Shown: one piece after another, positions 10,901-21,172 of the stretch
Numbering within the stretch: the stretch's first letter is position 1
Layout: every line of letters starts with the position of its first letter
DNA from: Hyphochytrium catenoides
Taxonomy: Eukaryota > Protista > Hyphochytriomycota
Assembly (NCBI GenBank): GCA_900088475.1
Contig: FLMG01001075.1
Location: forward strand, 1-46,284
Length of the DNA: 46,284 nt
Direction of reading: 5' to 3'
Position numbers and translations under genes: made by a program
Notes under the pieces: generated by a model
The model's database searches: none
What the model saw: only the letters and a program-made list of their open reading frames with translations
What the model was told of the DNA's origin: nothing

Positions 10901-13392
10901 CGCGAAAAGAAGAGAGCGGGGCACTGCCGAAGATTAAGGGCCCAAAAGCAGCATGCACGAGAGCGCCAGTCACCTGTTGAAGGAACTGTCTCGCCGCTGT
11001 CAAGAAAGGATAGTGAGAGACAATGACGAGGCACTTAGGAGAGTAAACAGCCACAGGCGCGCCCTTCTCTTCCTGGGAAGTAATCCACCCGGGAAGGTTT
11101 CCACTCCGTTTCCTTGACAGAGCAGCCGGCAGGTCTCCACTTCTACTCGCAGCTCTGTCTCTTTCCTCTTTCTCTCCCCCTTCTCCTCCCCCGGGTTTTC
11201 CACCTGGTGCAACGGGCGCATTAAAGAGAGTAACAACCTCAAAAGGAGGAATCTCTTCGTAGAACTTGAGTGCGCTGCCATAGAGCTTGCTTCCCGTTAT
11301 GTTTGTCAGGACAAAGTTAAAGAAGGAGGGCTTCTCATACGAGGCAGAGAGGGAGAAACCCTCAGGGAAGACGAACGATGAGAGGTTGGGAAGAGGGAGA
11401 TCACGATGAGCCTCTAAAGGGAACTTGTCTGTGACAAAGGGAGTGAACTTGAGATCCTCGGGGCCTCGAGAGAGGAAGACTGAGGAGACCACGAGCGTCC
11501 GTCGTGTAAGGATCAAGAGGATAAGTTGTCACCATAAGACAAGCGGAAATTCAAGAAGGCCGAGCATATGTTTATCGAAAGAGAGAGATATGCGACAGGT
11601 GGCAAGGAGAAGGAGAGTCATTGAGCGAGGGAGAGAAGGGGAGAGAGAGAGAAGAAAGGAGCCGTTAGTGACAACCAGCATATGGAAGACTAGGACAGTG
11701 CCAGTGGAGAGCGATGATAGAATGGCGGAAGTGGAACAAAGGGAGACTGGCAACAGGGTTAGAAGACAAGCTATAGATAAGAACGAAAGGGTAGTGAATA
11801 ACGAGCGAGAAGAGCAACACCGAGGCTCCAAAACGGACTGCGACGGGAGATATTGAAGCGGCGGGAGAGACGCAGTGGCTACGGGATACTTGCCATCCTG
11901 CTTGGGGAGCAGTGATCCTCTCCCTACGACCGCAAAGTAGTCCACAAAGCGCTTGGGCAGCGCTCCAACTCCATTTTCTTCCTTTTTCTTCTCCGCTTTC
12001 TTCCCTTTACCTTCCCCCTTCTTTTCTTCCTGGGGCTTGGTATCCGTCTTCTCTTCTTTCTTTCCTTCTTCTTTCTTCTTGATAGAGACGACAGGGGGAG
12101 GGGCAGGAGTAGAATTGCTCTGCTTTCCTGGCTTGTCATCATCCTCAGGTTTCGCGGAGAGGAGAAAAGCTCTCTTCTCATACTTCAGCCGAATCCATTT
12201 CTCCTTAGCGTTTCCATTGTCGCCGCCCTGAGGCTTCTTCATCCCATCAGGGACGTTGGCTTCCCATTTCTGTGCTCCACAACAGAAAGCGCGACATTGT
12301 TTATGTGGAGAGAGAAAGAGAGAAAGTGAAGGCGTGAGGAAGTGCTATCTTGTGAATTCTGGTTAGAGGTGCTCTCTGGGTTTTGTCCCTCTCTCTCTCT
12401 CTCTCTCTTCCGCCTGAGATGCGGGTCTTTTCTGGCTGCCATGCCGTTCTCCTTCTGCTACCTTTCCTTCCTCTTTCTCTCATATGTATCTAAACGGAAT
12501 CCTAGCTTGATAATATACCTCATTAGCTCTTTTGTTGCCCGTGCTCCTGAGGAAGTTTATCTCCTCCGAGGACCAAGGATCGAGAAGAGTTGACTTCACG
12601 CGGGACACGTGAGTCTAAGAGAAGAGAACAAGAGGAGAAGGTCAGGGAGGGGACGGCATAGCGAGTGAAGGATGAAGATAAAGGCATGCAGAGAAGGAGA
12701 ACAGTGGGAGCCTAAGGGAGAGGCAGAGGTGAAGGGAGTTAGAAGATAACTGACAGAGAGGGATGGAAGTGTATGATGCCTATCCCAGGTATGAAGATAA
12801 AGATAGCCTAAGAGAGAAAGAGGAGAGAAGGGTACACCGATGTGTGGCCCTTGGGGATAGATAATGAGATAGAAGAGGGACTTTGGAGAGTAGCAACGAA
12901 GGGTAATCCAGGCTTAGTTAAGAGGGAAGCCGAGCCATTTACCCCTAGTGAGCGATGATAACCCGCGCACTGGAGACAGATAAAGACACCGAAAGTCGTG
13001 GAACTGCCGTACAATGGGGCGATTGAAGTCGAGTGAGCATTGGCCAAAAATCAGAAAGGGAAGACCAACAAAAACGAGCACATACAAGGTCCGACACGAC
13101 CCAGGGAGGCGGAGGCACAACTAGACAGCAGAGAGGAAGGTAGGAGGTGAGACCGGCAGAAAAGAGATGAGCCATAGCGGCTCAAGAAAGGGAATGAGAC
13201 TGGCACCAGAGCTGCTCACAGAGTCTCTCAGCTTGTTGCCTTCCGATGGCTGCCTTTCTCTCCCTTTGGTATTCTCGCCACTTACCTCCAGCTCTCCTCA
13301 GGCAGCGCCTGATCACAGTCGGCACAGCGCTGGTTGGCTGCGTCGTCACAGAAGATTGCGTGAAGCTCCTTTGCCACATTATTGGCTCTCAT
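5000..13392 (-). CDS. ArfGAP + uDENN/DENN/dDENN (Rab GEF) + multiple IQ motifs + NACK/kinesin-7-tail-like C-terminus, about 17 exons
   Basis: Exons 13392-13286, 13003-12943, 12614-12519 and 12269-11894 give CADC...[36 protein letters not shown]...GNKRANEKWEA...KEKWIRLKY (ArfGAP). DENN modules follow: FVDYFAVVG, FVFPEG, FVLTNITGSKLYGSALKFYE, PKCLVIVSHYPF, LLFPFVWQGVYIPILP, LDAPVPFFVG, VRAAFFRFF, SQLFQRFYEER. IQ motifs IQAMYR, IQKWYR, IQRAFR, IQSRVRG. Stop at 5000-5002. A few splice sites near 7000 are ambiguous. Confidence 0.9.
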
Positions 13393-13975
13393 AGTGTCCA
13401 GCTATCAGCGACACCCAACCTTTCCCTCTCAGATCATCACCGGAGAGGCAGAGATAAAAGACGGATGTAGCCAAGAGGACTTAAGATCTATGGCACATGC
13501 AAAGAAGGCCTGGGAGGTCAGAAGTGAAGGAAAACGTAGAGAGAGAAGGTAAGATAAGCGGCCAGCTTATAGTGGGCAATCCGGCTGCCTACAGTCCTTC
13601 GCAGTCCATTTCCCTGGTGGAGAAAGACGAAAGACGAGGAAGACGATTGCGGGCGTATGTCGCTGATCTTATCCTCCTGCAACAAGTCCTCCAACGCTTC
13701 TTCTCTTTCTTTCCAATAGTTGTTGCCATCTCCCTCTCCCTCTCTGTTATTCTTTCACCATCTATCGCCCTCTAGCTTCGTTCGTTCTCTCCTCTCTCTC
13801 TCTCTCGGGCCTGCTCTCCCTCCTCCCCCATCTCCAGCTGCATTTCTGTGCCCATAATCATCCTCTTCTCTCTCTCTTTCTCCCATATTACCCCTCTCCT
13901 TCTCTCTTCATACTCCCCTCTCCCCCTGTCTCTGTTCTCCCTTCGTCTCTTATCTCTGTCTGTCTCTCCTCTCTT

Positions 13976-13980
<5 letters not shown>

Positions 13981-14021
<41 letters not shown>
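13981..14021. repeat. (CT)n microsatellite
   Basis: About 20 perfect CT units at the end of a longer pyrimidine tract starting near 13780. Confidence 0.95.
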
Positions 14022-14024
<3 letters not shown>

Positions 14025-14299
14025 TTCTTTCCTCAGTTGCAGCAGCTTCGTCTATCATCAGATTTCCTCCTCCAACCCCCCAATTCCAGACTCCAGACCC
14101 TCTATGCCTGATATACACATACTAATTCATAATAGGCTCCACATATATTGATATTATTCCAGACTAGGTTTTGAGTGCAGTATGTAACGGACGAACGGAG
14201 GAGAAGACAGAAAAATAGTTTCAAAGGCCAGCTTGTCCACCTGCACGAGAAAGGATGAGAGCAGACGCTGGAGCGCGTTGGCGAGAGGAGAAGAATGTA

Positions 14300-15175
14300 G
14301 GCTCAAGAAGAGTCTCCTTTGCTTGAAGCAGGCACTACAGTAAGACAATGGATTGAGCAACGGGAAAGTATTTTGAAGCCTCTTGTTGGTCTCTCATCGA
14401 GCGAAGGGGATCCCCGCCTGTTCTGCAGAGTGGAAGACACAGACTCAAGCTTTTTTGTCTGCATTACAAGCGACGATCGTGTCGGGTGATCAACAAGAGG
14501 CTTCACAATATTGTCCAGCGTCTCTTTCCATGGTCTTGGTGCCGGCTTCAAGCCATAGAGACTCTTTTTGAGCTTACATACTTTTCCTTCATTTCCATCC
14601 TCAGGTACAGCGTGTCCTTAAGGTCTTAAGGGTAACTTCAAACAAGTTTCCCGTGAAGATCCTCATAGAGAAAAGCAGTAGTGATATCCATCTCATAAAG
14701 CTCTAGTTCCTCATTGCGGCTATCACAAGCAAGCAACGAACCATCGTACGTAGTTGACCACTGGGGAAAAGGTTTCTGTGTGATCATACCAGTCGAGTAG
14801 TCAACTATGTACCGCTCAATGCTTTCATCACTGCCTCAGCTGGGCGGTCTCCCATATTCGTCTTTTGGAGTATCCCATACCTCCGCAGCAGTCTTCACTC
14901 CGATGACATCGTAGAACATCAAAGGCGTGAACGTTGAGAGGATGACACCTTGGGCGGCATCATTCCTTCTGCTCCAATCGCCATAGTCCTTTCCTCCAGT
15001 GGCTGGTGGAGTTTCGCAATTTCCGTCATCGCTCACAATCGACCAGAGCTTCCTCTGCTTGAGAGAGGGCATTACCAGCTCTCGCCACACGCGATAATTC
15101 CGGCCCGTAAGCTTAGGGATGCTCTCAGCAGGGTCTGCTCCATCGTCGTCGTAGGTGCTACCATCGTTGTCCTGT
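14300..15175 (-). mobile_element. Internally deleted Ty1/Copia retrotransposon relic: gag N-terminus joined directly to reverse-transcriptase fragments
   Basis: Gag (DUF4219/UBN2-like): IPKLTGRNYRVWRELV...KLWSIV...WSRRNDAAQGVILST...KTAAEVWD, stop at 14836. Immediately after come RVT_2 motifs with frameshifts: GSDESIERY, DHTETFSPVV, ELELYEMDITTAFLYEDL (~14656-14709), GKVCKLKKSLYGLKPAPRPW (~14528-14587). Confidence 0.88.
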
Positions 15176-15794
15176 CACTTACAGCGTCCTAATTTAAAGC
15201 GACAAGGTGAAAGTGAAGATAACGGCAAGAGTAATAGATCAGAGAAAGAGAGAGGCCAGAGAGATAGAGTAGCGACGGAGAGAACGTAGAAATCATCGCG
15301 AGAAGGAGGTCGACGAGGCGACAAAATGGCAGGGAGAGAGAGAGAGACCAAAGGAAGAGGGAGAACGGAGGCCATAAAGATTACGGAGATATCTGCGATC
15401 CCTGAGGTTTGGAGGAGCAAGAGAGTAGAACCAGAATAGCTTTTATCGGCGCTGCCAGAAGCTGTAACCCATCGCCACTGGCTTGAGAGGGGAAAGAGTC
15501 TCAGGAACAAAGTCTACAGGCGGGCCATTGATAGTTCTTTGAGAAAATGGATCTATAAAGATTACACAGGCTTAACAAATGAACGACCTTGAGAGCTACT
15601 CAGAAACCACAGTGTCCGACATGCTTCCCGGCGGTTGAGAGCTGTCGTAGCTTTTTGGAACTTCTCCTTGGTCGTTATTACCCTCCGTTCTTCCATCTCT
15701 CTCATCTTTCCCCCGCGTCTCTCCTCGTTCGTCCATAGCTGCCTTAGCTAGCCATGTCACGCCTCTAGCATCTTCTCAAGTCTCTTAATACCTA

Positions 15795-15905
15795 ATAGGG
15801 AGAGATATGGTCTCGAGGGACTGAAGAACCGTGTTATAGTCCTCTTTGTCGGTCAGCCTGCACTCGTTGTTGACCCTCGCTTTCAACGCCATCACGCGCG
15901 CAGAA
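15795..15905 (-). mobile_element. Possible second gag (UBN2-like) fragment
   Basis: Translation SARVMALKARVNNECRLTDKEDYNTVLQSL resembles the Copia gag segment (Y.ARV..L...L......I.DED....IL..L) and lies next to the Copia relic. Confidence 0.3.
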
Positions 15906-16282
15906 GGTAGTTGCAGGAGAAGAAGAGAGAAAGAATCTGACATATTGGCTGCTAATCCATGGCTAAGGACTCAACGCAGGGACTTGACAGACGCGAGGTG
16001 AGTGTGGGCTGGGGAGAGAGTCCATATTAAGCTCCAACGCCTTGTCACAAATGCCATCCATCGCTCCGTTTTTATATACAATGTGAGAACAGAGCGCCTC
16101 ATGCCCCAACAAATAGAGCGAAAGAGAGGTAGAGGTAGCACAATTTGGAAAGAGGCTAGGAAGAGAGAGTCGTTAGCGCGGGAAGAAGCTCCGAGAAAGA
16201 GAAAGACACAGAGGTGAGCTACCGGGCCGTCGCGCGAATGAGGTGAAAATCTTTCGCCCTTTCTCCATGCCAAAACGTGTCT

Positions 16283-19200
16283 TCAGCCTACTGCTGTTGG
16301 CGATGCGGCTATACCAGAAGATGAAGTGGTCTGCTTTTGCTCTTTCTTTTCTTCTCGTTTGGTGGGCTTTATCTCCACCTTTGGCCTCTGGAAGGGTAGA
16401 GCGGGTCCGATGGGGAGATCCTCATCTTTCTCTGGCTCAATCTTGGCCTCCTTCTTGAGATGGAGAAGATGGAGAGGGAGCACATCTTCATCCTTTCGCT
16501 TGAAGAACAGAATGCAGGAAAGAACCGCACAGATGATCTGCTTTCAAGAGGAGTACGAAAAGCATGGGTAGAGTCAGCAGAAAAACAATGAAATGTAGAG
16601 AAGCAGGAAAGGAGTGTGAAGCTGTTTACAGTGCTAGCGAGTTGCCAGCGTGAGGTGAACAGCAAGGGATAGATATCTTGAAGGCACAGTGCTAGGCAAA
16701 GAACCATAATGAGAAATGCACAAGAACGGGAATGGGAGGTGAGCTTACAGGGACGCTGGTGAGGCCCAGAATGGCACTTGCACGTGGCCTCAGCTGTTTC
16801 GACCAGAAGGGATAGTGGAGGGAACAAGGAGATGGAGGGGTTAAGGATTAGGCTTTCTCAGTGAGCTCTGCTTCTCATCCTCAGAGTGTTGTCAGTAGGC
16901 CTTACCTCTCCCTCTAGGTAGAAATAGAGTGAATCAGAGCACCTGGTAAGGAGCCAGAAATGTCAGCTGTACGGGGTGGTGCAAGTAGAGACTGAAGATG
17001 AAGACGCCAAAAAGAAAGAACCCAGGGCCAAACAAATACGACTAAAGTGGAAGAGCCGCGGATTCACTCATCTGGCACGGAGAAGAAACAGAAAAGACAA
17101 AGAAAGATGCTGCTACATATGCTCTACGGTCGAGTAGTGGCTGAATCAAGGTAGGAGCTAAGTGGCCGACAGCGCAGCTGGTCCAGCGAATCGTTCAAAA
17201 AGAGGGCGCAAGGTCATACCATAAAGCGAGGCGGGTTGGTCACTTACCCTTTAGAGAGGACAGAAACGTCGTCTTGACCGCAGGAGCCAAGAGGCAGCTC
17301 ATAAGGACAGCCCATCGCTGCCGGCGGGAACTCCGTTGTGTTGAATAGAACACACTCGTCCGTCCGCGGGTAAAGAGGTTTCTTGAAGGATTATAAGGTG
17401 AGAGGGGCCACACATTACACCAGGAGTAAGAGACAGGCGTCATGATGTAGAAAGGAGTGAGAATCAGGGAGACAGCAAACTAGAGAGGATATCAAGGCAA
17501 AAGGCAAGCCATATCATGTAAGAAAGCCAGCCACGCTGGATAGCAGAGGTGAGAAGAGAAAGAGAAGGACAAATGCACAGGGTAAGCGATAGACAGGGAA
17601 ATGCACTATTGACTCACCACTGAGCCGCAGAAACCTCTTTGATTGACGCTAAGGTTCTTTGCAAAGAAATACTGATCCGTGGGAATATAGCTAGGAAACT
17701 CTGTCGGGTCCACCTTCAGGCATCGGTAACGTTAGAGCCGTGGGGAGTGAGCTTATTGTGCTAAGAAGGCAATGGCCACAAAGGATCAATGGGAGAAATA
17801 GGAACAAGCCAAGCGAAGGAGCTGACCTTGATAGCGAGAAAGATACAGCGAGGGAGAGAGAGAGGGGAGAGATAGATAGATTCGGCAGAGAGAGACAGAC
17901 AGACAGACAGACAGCAAGAGAGAAAGGGAGATGGGTAGAATGGAGACAGGAGAGTTCGAGGAAGTTAGACTAAGTGCCTACCACGCATTGCATAGGAACC
18001 CCAAAGCCGCAGCAATCATTATCAAACTGGAGTCTACGAGCGATCTGCCAGACATACCAGTGAAGGCGTGTTACCAAGAAGAACATCTTAACCTTTTTTG
18101 GGGGGCCTGCATCTTTGCTCACGTCTCGTCCGACGGCACTCTCCAGAAGGTGGCCACCTCTCTTCACTACGCCAATCTCTCTGTCGCACGCCGTTCCGCT
18201 CCCACAAGTAAGTGTCTCTACTTCCGGCTCTTCCCTCTGGGCCCGCTATTGTCTGTCTCTACTTTGGCGGCTTACATCTCTCTCTTGGTTGCATTCCTCC
18301 TCTGTCTCTAGCTCTTATTGTCTACCTCTCTTGCGACATAGCCCCTAGCTCTCCCCGCTCATCTGTCGTTTAGTATCCCAAAATAGCGCTAGGCTATCAC
18401 CATTCTGCGCTGCTTACCCGGTTTGCCCGAGGGATGTCTGAGGAGTCAAAGAACAGCCTCCTCCACGCCAGACCAAGCGCCGCATAGAAATCGCTCTGAC
18501 AAGCACAAAAACTTAGACTCCTCTACCTTCGCGCTGAGGTTCTACTACCATCACTCTCGTCAAAATGTATACTGCCTACCTTATAGTACTCCTGACAGAC
18601 TTTGTGGTTGAAGTTTCCCTAAGGAGATGAGGAGGACCCAGGGTTATGTGAGAACGTGATAGCATAGCAAAGCAATCTAGAGGAAGCACTTAGCACTCAG
18701 GCTTTGATAATGGACAGCAAAGCCTGGATGCTTAGATCAGGAGAGATCAGATCAGTCTCAACGCTTCATACACACGATGAAAGCTGGCCAGAATGAAAGT
18801 CTACTTAGGCTAGGAACAACCTGGGTCGAGCAGAAGGTCAACGTCTGCTGAGGAAATGGTGCAACGGCGGCACTCCTAGCGAGACCGCCAAGTAGCCACT
18901 GCAGGCAGACGATCCCGATGAGACCTGCAAAGTACTGAACAAGACCAGAGAGAGTCAGGCTAGCCTCGTTAAGAGGAAGTAAAGAGCATTGCCAGGCAGG
19001 GCCAGGCAATAGGAACCAGCACGTTTGTCGAGAGAGACAGAGGGGAAGAGAGTAGAGAGCGAGAACTGAAGAGAACAAAAGAGATCTGCATGGTGGGAGA
19101 GCATTGTAGGTCATTTCAGCTCTTGTCTTACATAAATAAGGACACACTTGTTATGCTTCTTGGCTGACCAAACGCCCAGTGCGATAGGGACGGGGTAGAG

Positions 19201-19810
19201 CAGAGAGATGAAAATGATGCCTGCCGCAGAGCCAGAAAGTTGATGATTCTTTGTAAGTCATTAGAGGCAGGCGGCGTACATAAGCAGAGGAAGGAGAAAA
19301 AGAGAGACAGAGAAGAAGAAATGGGAAGAGTTTCAAAGGGAGAAAGAGGAAGTCGGAGGAACACAGTGGATGGAGAGTGAGAAGAGAACAGAGAGGGAAA
19401 CGGACGAGACAGTTCAAGAGAGAGACAGCGACAGAGAGAGGGAGAGAGAAAACCAGCGCGAGCGAGAGAGTCTGCAGAAGCACAGCAAAACAGAGTAATC
19501 AGAGAAGAGACAAGCAGAGAGCAGACCCATACCGGATCCTGTACTCTTGACACTAGACCCAAAGCCCAAATGCAGATAGTCAGACTGGCTAATCTCGACG
19601 CCCATCGAGAAGATCGCGATGGCAGCAATCTGGACAGTAGATTGTAAGAGGTTATGAAGAAGGATGAAAGACAAAAATACGATCAGAATCAAGAGGAAGA
19701 GAGACATGAGGAGACTGACAGAGACATGGAGCGAGAGAAAGGCAAGCGAGCGAGCGAGCGAGAGAGAGAGAACAGTCCGATAGGCAGACAGATAGAGCAA
19801 GAGCAAAAGA

Positions 19811-19869
<59 letters not shown>

Positions 19870-19972
19870 GTTTTTGAAGTACAGCGGAAGATTGACATCC
19901 ACTAAGACTTACAGCGAGAACAAGGTTCATGAAGAGAAGGTAGAAGACGATGTTCTCCTTGAGACAGAACAT
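16283..19972 (-). CDS. Tetraspanin-family protein, 12 exons, about 368 aa
   Basis: Phase-consistent exons: 19972-19913, 19629-19533, 19220-19132, 18934-18821, 18618-18580, 18495-18418, 18044-17982, 17713-17618, 17381-17248, 16942-16906, 16793-16749, 16537-16283. Four hydrophobic segments, TM2-TM3 loop LGVWSAKKHNKCVLIYY, EC2 motif LQFDNDCCGF, GC before TM4 (KGCSDSL), tail CILFFKRKDEDVLP. Confidence 0.88.
19817..19865. repeat. (AG)n microsatellite in tetraspanin intron 1
   Basis: Perfect AG run, reading (CT)n on the gene's sense strand. Confidence 0.95.
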
Positions 19973-20322
19973 GGCTCCCGCGCTTGCGGCGTTTGGACGC
20001 AAAAGCCCCACTCTATGGTCCTAGGGCGATCATAGTACCGTGTGGGAGAGAAGGAAGTAACCCGATCAGTTGCTCTTCTCTACCTTACCCAGAAGTCGGC
20101 ACTTGAATCCCTAATAGTCAAGACAAGAAGGGAAAGAAGACAACTTCTGGGACAGATGAGAGAGAGCTGCAGCCATAGCAGCGCCTTTGCTACTTGAAGG
20201 TGGAGAGGAGACGGGGAGAAAGAAGGGCAATTCAGAGAGGGGTCCAGAGAGGTGAAGGAGAGAGAGCGCGAAGAGAGATAGGAAATAGAGGGCGAGATGA
20301 GAGGAAGAGAGATAAGAAGAGA

Positions 20323-20375
<53 letters not shown>

Positions 20376-21172
20376 AAGAGTGAGAGAGAGAGAGAGAGAG
20401 AGACGGAGGAGGAGCTGAAGGCAGACAAAAGACAAAAGAGGGTGAGCAACAGCGGGAGTAAGGTGCGGTGGGAGAGAGCAAGAAGCCACCAGTAAGCGCC
20501 TCAGTGATGGGAAGACTAAGGCCTCTCTACCACTTCCATGTAACGAACACGTTCAAGAGGATGATGGATAGATTTCAGAGGCCCTCAGGATTTCAGGACA
20601 AAAGTCCAGAATTAAGTCATTATATTAGACCGCCCCTTAATTTCCAGAATTCCGTCGGTATGAAATGTTTCAATGTAAATAAATTCTCTTAGGTTATCAT
20701 GCAAATGCACTTGGTGCACTCCTTTGGGCCTGTCCAGGATTGTCATAGAAAGTGGCAGCGTCCAAGGCCCGCGTTCTCTAGAGATGAAGAGATGTCGTGT
20801 CAGGACCATCAATGAGCCATAAGAGCGCTGGAATCTTTGGCCTACTACTTAGAGAAATCGAGGTAACTCGCTTCTACCAGACCATGGCAGAAGGCGATTG
20901 ATGTTAACTCGTAGTTAGACAGGAATGCCTGAGACAGAGACAAGCTGACAGCAAAGGAGTAAGAGAAGTCGTAGATAATAATGAACGAACTGGAGGCCAG
21001 TTGGCTAGAAGTCACGGAACTGCCAGTAGTACTGTTTTAGTGAATATACAGAGTAGTTAAACGAGCTAATCCTATGAAGCTTGTCCTAAGAGACAAAGTC
21101 TCTGTAAAACTCTTCCCCCAATGCTGCTACATTCATCTTTCTATGTTCCTGGGAAAGCACGATCCATCGCAG

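Noticed and set aside
17982-18055. Apparent signal peptide MSGRSLVDSSLIMIAAALGFLCNA suggesting a separate secreted protein
   Set aside because: Another frame of the same exon gives the tetraspanin CCG motif and joins in phase with six upstream exons.
20520-20585. Weak hairpin GGCCTCT...AGAGGCC, and a similar CCTATTCC...GGAATAGG at about 26073-26138
   Set aside because: Only 7-8 bp stems with poor internal pairing and no snoRNA boxes or TSDs.
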